64,000 bases of DNA from the human T2T-CHM13v2.0 reference genome, Homo sapiens. The translations under genes were made by a program, and so were the position numbers. The notes below the pieces were generated by a model. That model did no database searches, was not told the DNA's origin, and saw only the letters and a list, made by a program, of their open reading frames with translations. This document shows, piece by piece, positions 39,910 through 53,129 of this stretch; within the stretch, counting starts at the first letter, position 1, and the number at the start of each line of letters is the position of its first letter. The stretch lies in assembly GCF_009914755.1 (NCBI RefSeq), contig NC_060926.1; one strand, 5' to 3'.

Positions 39910-40400
39910 TAGCAAATTGTATTTTTCAAAAATAACTACGACAATATATCCCATCCCACATGCTCTTCCAAAACTTTGCCACTCACCCTCAAGAGGTGGG
40001 GGTTATGTCCCTTCCCCTTAATTTGTGTGTCATTAGACTGACACACGTGATAGACAACACTGTATAACTTCCAAGCCTGGGTCTTAAGAGGCAATACGGT
40101 CCTTCAGTCACTTTCCCTCAGCAGCCAGCCACCGTGCAGTGAGGAAGCCTGGGCTACATGAAGAGACCCACATGGAGAGGAATGAAGTTCCTATCTCTCA
40201 ATCCAGGCTGAGCTCCCAGCCAATAACCAGTGCCTGTGAGTGACCCCTCTTGGAGAGGGGTCGCCAACTCTCGGTGGAGACACCAAAGCTGATGTCATGT
40301 GAAGCAGAGATGAGCCTTCCTGTCAAGCCCCGTCCAAGTTGCAGATTGTTATTTTAAACCACTAAGTTTTGAGGTACCTGCTTTTGCAGCTAGATAACTG
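39910..40400 (+). mobile_element. MaLR LTR (MLT1-type)
   Basis: cagccagccaccgtgcagtgaggaagcc...ccacatggagaggaatg...ttttaaaccactaagttttgagg...gcagctagataac. Confidence 0.75.
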
Positions 40401-40545
40401 CCAGAGAGATAGAAGTGTAGTAATTAAAGGCTGAACTTTGCATTGTTTAGAATTTCCTTATCACTTCAGTGAATTACGAATAGAAATATGCCAACACAAT
40501 ATCTCTTTGCTTAAAATGGATTAAACTCAAACTTGTTAGTTATAG

Positions 40546-41061
<516 letters not shown>

Positions 41062-42329
41062 CCATGAATGTGTGTCCCTTTCTCAGTAGTGACTTTTCTA
41101 TCTTTTTTGAATATTACAATCTAAATAATTTTCAAGACCGAGACCAATGGTTATCTCATTTGTAAAAGAATCTTCCTGGCTCTATAATATACTATCAATT
41201 GATGTGCTACATCTACACATAGAGTTTGAAGAAGCCAACAGATCTGTTTTTCCCATCTGAATTCCATGCCAATTGAAGAATACAGAGACAACAGAGATCA
41301 AAACATTTAATATTGAAAAAGTCTAAGCTGGTGACGTGGGCGAGGTGTTTGCCACAATGGGCTTCTTGATTCTGAACCCCAGAATTAAACTGATTTGCCC
41401 ACCCAGAAAGTGCAGAAAAACTGGAAGCTTCCATCCGTAGGACAGGTTTTGCTGCCAGGCTTGCAGCACAGCCCACATCAACCAGAATACATGCTCCTAT
41501 AGGCAGGCCAAAGAGATGGCAGGGGGCACTGAGCTATACAAGCTCATTCTCTTACCTTAACCCACCTACCACAGAGGGGAGGCATGAGTAAAGTATGGCA
41601 GGACCAAGAGTACCACACTGCTGGAGGTCCCATCATGGGGAAATCGAACCCAGGAGTGCATGTTCTTCCAACCCCAGCTTCCTGCAGCTTGTTCTTCTCT
41701 TCACTGAACCACTGAGGAAGGCCAGCCAAGGTTGCAGCCATCCCCTGAGGGTATTGTGGGAAGGTCCCACACTCCTGGATTGTCTTGCTCCTAACTTTCA
41801 CTAAGTTACTCCCTTAATACCAACTGTTTTTTTGTGGATCATTTTTAGTCAACAGAGGTCAATATTAATTTTTGCCCCCATAAAGCTCTGACATAGGCCA
41901 GATCGGTGTATTAATTAAATCAATTATGGGGCCATTCTGTACCCCAAACTGAATAATTATTCCCTAATCTTATTCCCATTGTAGACTATGTGCCGCCATA
42001 GTGTCCAGATTTGTTCATGAGAGGCTCTGCAATGAGATTAAGTAACTAAATTAAAATATTCCAGCAACAAAATGACTAAAATATGACTCTAACTGCTTCC
42101 TGTTATGAAATTCATAAAATAAAATTAAAGACCTAAGTTTAAATCTCCTTGAAAATTAAAGTCCAAAGGCATAAAAAGTCAAAGGAATTTAAGTTAAATC
42201 CAATTATTTTTCCAAAGAAAAAATATTTTGTTTTTTTGATACATATAGATTTTGTCTTATGGAGTCTTCCATGGTGATGGTTATGAAATTAGCGTTACTA
42301 GAACTGCCAAAAGCAGTGTGAACCCAAAC

Positions 42330-42890
42330 TGAGCCACAGAGAGACCAAGAAAGAAACAAAGAAGTTGTTGGAGAATGGCAAGGGCTTGCAATCCACAATA
42401 TGAATGCATTGGCGACCATAGATGCGTCAGAGGGGGTTGGGACAACAGGAAGTTTTTAGAGGCAAAAGAAGAAATCAGCCAGGCATGGTGGTTTATGCCT
42501 TGTAATCCCAGCTATTAGGGTGGCTGAGGCTCAAGCCCAGGAGTTTGAGGCTGCAGTGAGCTAAGATCACCACTGTACTGCAGCCTAGGTGACAGAGCAG
42601 GACCCTGTCTCTAAAAAAATAAAAAAGGAGAAATCCACTAAAGTGTATTGAAACAACACCCTGGGCTACAGGGGCTTATTACAGATGGTGGCATTTGTTC
42701 ATTAGTGGTACCGGCTATTGCTAGAAGAGTGCCATCATAGAAGTGGCTTAGCTGGAAATTCCAGTTGGGAAAGTCCTTTGTGACAGTTCCTGTTACAGGA
42801 CTATGTGTGAATGACCGTACCTCCTTTACAACCTTCCAGCTCCATTTCGTTAGGGTTTGACATAAGTGATTCCATTTTGGTACTGACAAA
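42330..42890 (-). mobile_element. Probable ERV1 LTR remnant with an inserted Alu monomer (42478-42625, +)
   Basis: LTR-like motifs (gtcctttgtgacagttcctgttacaggac...gattccattttggtactgaca); family uncertain. Confidence 0.5.
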
Positions 42891-43054
42891 GCATTTGTGG
42901 TTTAAATGAATCTTGTCCACCTTTACCTATCTAGGATAATCATACCCAAGAAAGAGTCTCCTATGAGACCAATATATAATAGGTCTGGACTTTTTTTGTT
43001 TTGCCTGTTTTTTTGTTTGTTTTTGTTGTTGTTGTTGTTCATTTGTTTGTCTGT

Positions 43055-43340
<286 letters not shown>

Positions 43341-43497
43341 GTCGTATTTAATATACTTCATCTTTTTATGCCTTCCCATTTCTCAGGCATGTTCTTTAGG
43401 GAATAGGCAATATTTGTGTCCACACCTACAATAATTGTATCACCTTGAAATTCAACAGTGAGTCAGTGAGACGACTTTTTTTAACAGCTTAATTGAC

Positions 43498-43934
43498 TTT
43501 AGGCCTCTGAGCCCAAGCTAAGCCATCATAACCCCTGTGACCTGAGCGTATACATCCAGATGGCCTGAAGCAATTGAAGAACCACAAAAGAAGTGAAATA
43601 GTCAGTTCCTGCCTTAACTGATGACATTCCACCATTGTGATTTGTTCCCACCCCACCCTAACTGATCAATTGACCTTGTGACATTCCTTCTCCCGGACAA
43701 TGAATCTCAGGAGTTCCCCACCGAGCACCTTGTGACCCCCGCCCCTGCCCACAACAGAACAACCCCCTTTAACTCTAGTTTTCCACTACCTACCCAAATC
43801 CTATACTGCCCCACCCCTATTTCCCTTTGCTGACTCCTTTTTCGGACTCAGTCCACCTGCACTCAAGTGATTAAAAAACTTTATTGCTCACACAAAGCCT
43901 GTTTGGTGGTCTCTTCACACGGACGCCAGTAACA
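43498..43934 (+). mobile_element. HERV-H solo LTR (LTR7 family)
   Basis: aggcctctgagcccaagctaagccatcat...ccttaactgatgacattccacca...gctcacacaaagcctgtttggtggtctcttcacacggacg; 5-bp TSD TTGAC. Confidence 0.9.
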
Positions 43935-45746
43935 TTGACATATAATGTATATGCCATACAATTCATCCATTTAAAGTATAGATTTCAATGGCTTTTAGTA
44001 TATTCACAGAATTGTGCAACCATCACTGCAATCTAAGTTTAGAATATTTTTTATAACTACAAAAAGTAATGCTATACCTATTAGCAGTTACTACCTGATC
44101 CACCCAACTCTACCAACAAACCTGATCAACCACTAATCTACTTTCCATTCTCACAGCTTTTCCTATGCTGATCATTTTATGTAAATGGAATAATATGTAA
44201 TCCTTTGTGAGTGGCTCTTTCATTTATCATAGGATTTCCAAGGTTTGCCCATATTTTGGCGTATTTGTCAAGTAATATTCCATTGTATATATGGCACATT
44301 TATTTTATTCATTCATCAGTTGATGGAATTTGAGTTTCCAGTTTTTAGCTGTTATGAATAATGCTGCTATGAAATTTGTGTATAAGTTTTTGGTTGACAG
44401 ATGTTTTCAATTTTCTCAAGTATATACCTAGGTGTAGAATTTCTGGGTTATAAAGTAATTGCTTAACATTTTGAGGAATTGTCAAACTGTTTTCCAAAAC
44501 AGTTACACTATTTCACAATCCCACAAGCAATGTATGAGAGTTCCAATCTCTCCACAACCTCACCAACACTTACTATTTTCTGTCTCTTTTATTATAGCCA
44601 TCTTAATGATTCTAAAGAGGTATCTCATGAAGTCCAATTTTTCTATTTTGTTCTTTTGTCACTTATGGATTTGGTATAGTATATAGGGAGAGTTTGCCTA
44701 ACCCACAGTTACAAAGATTTACTCCTATGCATCCTTCTAAGAGTTTTTAGGCCAGGCGCAGTGGCTCATGCCTATAATCCCAGCACTTTGGGAGGCTGAG
44801 GAGGGTGGATCACAAGGTCAGGAGTTGAAGACCAGCCTGGCCAAGATGGTGAAACCCAGTCTCTACTAAAAATACAAAAATTAGCCAGGCGAAGTGGCGG
44901 GCTCCTGTAATCCCAGCTACTCAGGAGGCTGAGGCAGGAGAATGGCTTGAACCCAGGAGGTGGAGGTTGCAGTGAGCCAAGATCAAGCCATTGCATTCTA
45001 GCCTGGGCAACAGAGCAAGACTCTGTCTCAAAAAAAAAAAAAGAGTTTTATAGTTTTGGCTCTGACATGTAAGTCTGTGATCCATTTGGAGTTAATTTTT
45101 ATGTGTGGTTAAAGGAGAAATCCAACTTTATTCTTTTGCATGTAGGTATCCAGTTATCTTAGCACCATTTGTTAAAAAGGCTGTTTCTCCCGTTGAATTG
45201 TCTTGGCACCATTTTCAAATCAATTGGACATAAAGATAAGGATTTATTTTTGGACTCTCAATTCTGTTTCATTGGTTTATATGTCTATCCTTATGCACTG
45301 CCACACTGTGTTGATTACTGTAGTTTTTAGTAAGTTTTCAAATCGGCACATGTGATCCTCCAACTTTCATGAAAGTGTTCTCTTTCAAGATTGTTGTGGC
45401 TATTCTTGGCCCCTTGCATTTCCTTGAGAATTTTAGAAACAGCTTGTCAATTTCCACACACACACAAAAGCTGTCTGAGATTTTAATAGAGATTGTGTTG
45501 AATCTGTAGATCAACTTGGGGATTATTTTCATCTTAACAATATTAAGTCTTTCAACTGTAAAAATGGCTTGTCTTTCCATTTATTTAGGTTTTATTTCAT
45601 TTCTTTCCACAGTGTTTTATAGTTTTTATGGCACAAGTTTTATACTTCATTTGTTACATTTATTTCTAAGTATTTTGTTCTTTTTGATAATATTACCAAT
45701 GGAATTATTTTATTAATTTCATTTTCAGACTTTTTCATTGCTAACA

Positions 45747-46348
45747 CAGTAAGTCCTCACTTAACATCATGGATACATACTTGGAAATTGCAGCTTTAAG
45801 TGAAATGATGTATAATGAAACTAACTTTACCATAGGTTAATTGATAGAAACAAGTATTAAATTCCTGCAGCATATTTCTGGTCACAAAAACATCACCAAA
45901 TTTCTAAATAAAGACCAAAACACTTGTAATAATATTAAACATTGAAATAAATGTGAGCTATCCATACATTTAAGACAGATTAATAAAAAACAAGTAAGGT
46001 AATTATTTACCTGCTGATTCCAGTTCAGGGCCACAGGTGGCCAGAGTCTATCTCAGCAGTTCAGGGCTTGAGGCAGGAACCAACCCTGGACAGGACAACA
46101 TTCCATCGCCAGATGCACTCACACACACCACCCACACTCAGACTAAGGCAATTCAGACACACCATTTAACCTAATGTGCACATCTTTGGGAGGTGGGAGA
46201 AAACAGAATACCTGGAAAAAACCCACACGACAAAGGGAGAACGTGCTAACTCCAAACAGGACAGGGGATCCAGTGGAATCAATTTTTTTTTCTCATTCTT
46301 ATAATGAAACAATGTAGAAGGAACTGACGTTATTCAAAGACCTGCTGT
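45747..46348. mobile_element. TcMar-Tigger element (MER82-like)
   Basis: Ends cagtaagtcctcacttaac... and ...gacgttattcaaagacctgctgta. Confidence 0.75.
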
Positions 46349-47454
46349 ATACAGAAATACAATTGATTTTTGTCTATTAGCTTATATCCTGCAAACTTGC
46401 TGAACCTGTTTTTTAGTTATAATAGTTTTTTTGTGTGTGTATTTATTAGGATTTTCTCTGTATAGGAATATATCCACTGTAAAATAGAGATAGTTAGTTT
46501 TACTCTTTTTTCCCAGTCTGGATGCCTTTTATTTCTTTTTCTTGCCTAATTGTCCTGGCTAGATCCTCCAGTACAATGTTGACTAGAAGTATGTTACTTG
46601 TTTATTTCTTGCTTATATTAAGGGGAAAGCATTGAGTGTTTCATTATTAAGTCTGATGTTAGCTGTGGGTGTTTTGTCAATATCCTTCATCTGGTTGGGG
46701 AAGTTCTCTTCTATCTTACTTTGTTGAGTATTTTATCACAAAAGGTGTAAGATTTTATTAAAAGATTTTTTTCTGCACCTATTGAGATGATCATGGGGTT
46801 TTTGTTTTTATTCTATTGACATAGTATATTACATTAATTATTTGGACATTAAACCAATCTTTTATTCCTAGAATAAATCCTACTTGGTTATGGCATATAA
46901 TTATTTTTATATGTTGATGGATTTAGTTTGCTAATATTTTGCTGAGGATTTTTGCACCTATAATCTCATAAGAGATATTGGCCTCTAGTTTTCTTCTCTT
47001 GTGATGTCATTTGATTTTTGTTTTAGGATAATACTGGCCTCATAAAATGAGTTGGGAAGTAATCCCTTCTCCAAATATTTTGGAATCATTCATGAAGAAT
47101 TGGTATTAGTTCTTCTCTAAATGTTTGGCAGAATTCAGTGGTGAAGCCATTTGGGTCTGGGCTTTTCTTTGTGAAAACTTTTTAAAATTCTCATTAATTC
47201 AGTCTGTTTCCTTGTTATAGTTCTAGTCACTTTATCTCCTTGACTGACTTGCAGTACGTTGTGTCTTCTAAGAATTTGTCCATTTACACCTAAGTCATCT
47301 AATTTGTTGGGATTCACTTGATCATAGTATTCACTTATACTCCTTTTTATTTACTTTTGTAAGGTCAGTAGTAATGTACTCTCTTTCATTCCTGACTTCA
47401 GTAATTTGTGTCTTGTTTTTCTCAGTCTAGCTAAAACTTTGTCCATTTTGTTGG

Positions 47455-50400
47455 CAAATACTGTGTACTTTCACTTATATGAGGTACCTAGAGTAGTCAA
47501 ATTCATAGACAGAAAGTAGAATAGTTATTTCCAGGTACTTGGAGAAAGGGAGAATGGTAAGTTATTATTTAACGAGTATAGAGTTTCAGGATTTTTTTTA
47601 ACAAATCAAAATTACATATATTAAGATATACAAAGTACTGTTTTGATATATGTATACATTGTGAAATGATTACCATAATCAAGTTAATTAACATATCCAT
47701 CACCTCACATTGTTACCGTGTGTGTGTATGTGTGTGTGTGTATGGGTGTGTGTGTGTGTATGGGTGTGTGTGTGGGTGGGTGTGGTGAGAACATTTAAGA
47801 TCTACTCTCTCATCAAATTTCAAGTACATAATATAGTATCATTAACTATAGTCACTATGCTGTACATTAATTTTAATAAGAGCTTTCTGCCATATGAACT
47901 TGTCTGCTGCAATCTCTCCCTGAAGGTGAGCTACATGGAAAGCCAACTGAATAGAAACGTTCTTGCTGAGTGAGGAATTTGAGCAAGGAAAGTTGGTTAT
48001 TTGATTTGGGTGTATAACATAACTGTATCTTTCTTCACATAATACTCCAGCTAGTCTGGAGAGCTACTGCTTAAGGGTCTCAGATGGGCATTCTCAGTAT
48101 TTGCCTCCACATTGTATTTTTTTTCTTCAACTTTTATTTTAAGTTCTTGGTACATGTGCAGGATGTGCAGGTTTGTTATATAGGTAAACATGTGCCATGG
48201 TGGTTTGCTGCATAGAGCAACCCATCACCTAGGTGTTAGGCCAAGCATCCATTAGCTATTCTTCCTGATGCTCTCCCATCGGCTCCACCCCGCTGACAGG
48301 CCCCAGTGAGTGTTGTTCCCCTCATGTTCCCATGTGTTCTCATCGATCAGCTTTGACTTATAAGTGAGAACATTTGGTATTTGATTTTCTGTTCCTGTGT
48401 TAGTTTGCTAAGGATAACAGCTTCCAGCTCCATCCCTGTCCCTGCAAAGAACAGGATCTTGTTCCTTTTTATGGCTGCATAGTATTCCATAGTGGATATG
48501 TACCACATTTTCTTTATTCAGTCAATCATTGATGGGCATTTGGGTTGATTCCATGTCTCTGCTATTGTGAATAGTGCTGCAATGAACATACGTGTGCATG
48601 TATCTTTATAATAGAATAATTTATATTCCTTTGGGTACATATACAGTAATAAGATTACTGGGTCAAATTGTATTTCTGCTTCTGTGTCTTTGAGGAATCG
48701 CCACACTGTCTTCCACAATGGTTGAACTAATTTACACTCCCACCAACAGCGTAAAAGTGTTCCTTTTTCCCTGGGTTCAAGCAATTCTCCTGCCTCAGCC
48801 TCCCGAGTAGTGGGGATTACAGGCACACGCCACCATGCCTGGGTAATTTTTGTATTTTTAATAGAGAGAGGGTTTCACCATATTGGCCAGGCTGGTCTTG
48901 AACTCCTGACCTCAAGTGATCTGCCCGCCTCTGCCTCCCAAAGTGCTGAGATTACAGGCATGAGCCACCACACTCATCCTTTTGCCCATTTTTTAATGCG
49001 GTTGTCTCGTTCTTGTAAATATGTTTAAGTTCTTTTTAGACTCTGAATATTAGGCCTTTGTCAGATAGATAGATTGCAAAAATTTTCTCCCATTCTGTAG
49101 GTTGTCTTTTTATTCTGATAATAGTGGTTCTTTTTTTTTTTTTTTTTTTTTGCTATGCAGAAGCTCTTTCATTTAATTAGATCCCATTTGTCAATTTTTG
49201 CTTTTGTTGCAATTATCTTTGACATTCTGATCATGATATCTTTGCCTGTGCCTATGTCCTGAAGGGCTGAAATACACAGACCAGTGACACTATGAAGCAA
49301 CCACATAACAAGTCTGCAAAATAACCAGCTAGCATCATCATGACAGGATCAAATTCACACATAATAATATTAACCTTAAATGAAAATAGGCTAAATGCCC
49401 CCAATTAAAAGACACAGAATGACAAGATGAGTAGAGTCAAGACCAATTGGTATGCTGTCTTCAAGAGACCTATCTCACGTGTAAAGACACATGTAGGCTC
49501 AAAATAAAGGGATGGAGGAAAATTTACCAAGCACGTGGAAAACAGAAAAAAGCAGAGGTCACAATCCTAGTTTCTGACAAAACAGACTTTAAACCCACAA
49601 AGATTAAAAAAGACAAAGAAGGGCATTATGTAATGGTAAAGGATTCAATTCAATAAGAAGAGCTAACTATTGTAAATATATATGCACCCAATACAAGAGC
49701 ACCCAGATTCATAAAGCAAGTTCTTAGAGGCCTACAAAGAGACATAGACTCCTACATAATGATAATTGCAGATGTTAACACCTCACTGACAATATTAGAT
49801 CATCAAGACAGAAAATTAACAAAGATATTCAGGACCTGAACTCAGTTCTGGATCAAGCAGGCCTGATAGATATCTACAGAGCTCTCCACCCAAAAACAAC
49901 AGAAAATATATATTCTTCTCATCACCACATGGCACTTACTCTAAAATTGATCACATGATAGGAAGTAAAACACTCCTCATCAAATGCAGAAGAACTGAAA
50001 TCCTAACAGTCTCCCAGACCACAGTGCGATCACGTTAGAACTCAAGACTAATAAACTCACTCAAAACCACACACTACATGGAAATTGAACAACCTGTTCC
50101 TGAATGACTCCTGGGTAAATAATGAAATTAAGGCAGAAATCAAGAAGTTCTTTCAAACCAACGAGAACAATGAGACGGTGTACCAGAATCTCTGGGATGC
50201 AGCTAAAGCGGTGTCAAGAGGGAAATTTAAGCTAGAAAGACCTCAAAACAACAACCTAACATCACAACTAAAAGAACTAAAGAACCAAGAGCAAACAAAC
50301 CCCAAAGCTAGCAGAAGACAGGAAACAACCAAGATCAGAGCAGAACCAAAGGAGATAAATACATGGAAACCCCTTCAAAAAATCAACGGATCCAGGAGCT

Positions 50401-51086
50401 GGTTTTTTGAAAAAATTAATAGACTGCCAGCTAGACTAATGAAGAAAAGAGAGAAAAATCTAATAGACACAATCAGAAATGATAAGGGAGAAATGAACAC
50501 TGACCCTACAGAAATCCAAACAAGCATTAGAGAATACTACAAATACATCTATGCACATAAACTAGAAAATCTAGAAGAAATGGATAAATTCCTGGACACA
50601 TACACCCTCCCAAGACTGAATCAGGAAGAAATTGAATCCCTGAATAAACCAATAACAAGTTCTGAAATTGAGGCGGTATTTAGCTTATGAACCAAAAAAA
50701 GCCCAGGACCAGACGAATTTACAGCTGAATTATACCAGAGGTACAAAGGAGAGCTGGTACCATTTCTACGGGAACAATTCCAGTCAATTGAAAAGGAGGG
50801 ACTCCTCCCTAACTCGTTTTATGAGGCCAGCATCATCCTAATACAAAAACCTGGCAGAGATAGAACAAAAAAAAGAAAACTTCAGGCCAATATCCCTGAT
50901 GAATATAGATGCAAAAATCCTCAATAAAATAGTGAGTTTCAGGTTTGCAAGATGAAAAGAATTCTGGGGATGGATGGTGGTTGTGGCTGTACAACAATGT
51001 GAACACACTAATTACCAGTGAACTGTACACTTAAAAATGATTAAGATGATAAATTTTATGTTATGTGTATTGTATCACAATTTTTT
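47455..51086. mobile_element. L1MB-like 3' end (+; 47455-47590 resuming at 50934-51086) split by a 3.3-kb composite insert: L1MA-like 3' end (-), unassigned DNA, L1PA 3' part (-, 48118-49262), L1PA ORF2 5' part (+, 49263-50931)
   Basis: L1 motifs on both strands; ORFs 49447..49656 and 50085..50690 are L1 ORF2 remnants; GAGTTTCAGG duplicated at 47581 and 50934. Confidence 0.85.
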
Positions 51087-51120
51087 ACACTTGATCTTAG
51101 CCAAAAGGCTGAAAAATGAT
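51086..51120 (-). pseudogene. U2 snRNA 5' fragment (nt ~1-35) retro-pseudogene
   Basis: Reverse complement ATCATTTTTCAGCCTTTTGGCTAAGATCAAGTGTA versus U2 ATCGCTTCTCGGCCTTTTGGCTAAGATCAAGTGTA. Confidence 0.9.
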
Positions 51121-51506
<386 letters not shown>

Positions 51507-51824
51507 TAAATTAGTATAGTATCAGTGGGAATGGAAAGTTACAAATGAATTCACACTATAGGAATTTTAGAGGAAGTCTCAATAGGATATTGTGGAGAGG
51601 GGAAGTAAAATAGAAGTCCAGAGGAACTCTGAGGTTTCTAACCTTGGGTGGCTAGATATGTGTTAATCCTGTTAACCGAGGTATGGAATGCAGAGGAAAG
51701 AGCAAATCAGAAAGTAGGAAGATTATGAACTCAATTTTAGATGTGTTGAGTTTGTGTTACCTGTGGTATGTCCTGGTAGGGGATTAAAGATAAGACTTTG
51801 AGGTCAGAAGAAGGAAAAGGAGTA

Positions 51825-52150
51825 CAGTTGTTCCTCAATTTATGATGGAGTTATTTCCCAAAAAACCCATTGTAAGTTAAAATATCCTAAGTCAAAAATG
51901 CATTTAATATACTTACTGAATAGCATAGCTTAACCTAGCCTACCCTACATGTGCTCAGAACACTTACATTAGCCTACAGTTGGCCAAAATCATCTAACAC
52001 AAAACGTATTTTATAGTGAATTGTTGAATAGCTCATGTAATTTATTTGAATACTTTACTGAAACATGATTTCTACTGAATGCATATTGCTTTTGCAACAT
52101 GGTAAAGTTGGAAAATTATAAGTCAAGCAATGTAAATCAGGGGCCATCTG
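51825..52150. mobile_element. TcMar-Tigger MITE (MER47A-like)
   Basis: cagttgttcctcaatttatgatgg...ctcagaacacttacattagcctacagttgg...gggccatctg. Confidence 0.78.
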
Positions 52151-52439
52151 TGTATGAATTGATATAGGAATCATCAATGATAAGTAAAGCTGAGATTTTC
52201 CAGCCTTTTCACATCTCTGAATAAAATATAGTGTTTTAGTGCTACTTTCAATGTTCCAAATAGCCGCAAATGAATGGTACATGCACCTGTAATGATATCG
52301 CATAAGCGATAATTATTTTAATGCCATTATTTGGTAAATATAACATTTTAGGCATGGCATCATGGAAATACAAGAACAATTACAATAACAACAACAACAA
52401 TTGTTGTACGATAGATGTACTTAATGTTTGCCTGTTTGT

Positions 52440-52722
<283 letters not shown>

Positions 52723-53129
52723 GTACTTAATGTTAAAAACATTGAGAAATAGTCATGGAAGTAATATTTGAAACTGTATAAAGATGAATAAGGGACATAA
52801 TTTTTATTCTTGGTTCAGATAAGGCATCAGCCTGCTACATTCAAAGCTGAAGTGCCCCATTTTTCAAAAGAAAGTTTCTTTCCACTTGTCTTTCATATGA
52901 CTCTCAAATTATCTAGAGGGCTTAAACGTATTTTACGCCACCATAGCACCAGTTCCACATGGAAAAAAATCAACATTGAAAGATGAACTACCATGAAAAT
53001 CCTCTGCCTGTAGTGGTGACCACATCCTATGCTATAAAGTGCTGATAAATAAAAATGATGGATAAAACAATAAAATTCAGGATGTAACACATCCAGATAC
53101 CAAATCTTCAGGTCTCTGAAGAAATGGAT

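Larger units (their letters stand above)
43476..47454 (-). mobile_element. Old L1 (L1MB-like) 3' half, interrupted by LTR7, AluS (44750-45041, +) and MER82
   Basis: Antisense L1 3' UTR/ORF2 motifs; ORFs 45338..45580 and 47135..47317 translate as L1 ORF2 remnants. Confidence 0.88.

Noticed and set aside
49447-50690. 69-aa and 201-aa ORFs
   Set aside because: Broken L1 ORF2 with stops, frameshifts and deletions; not an active element.
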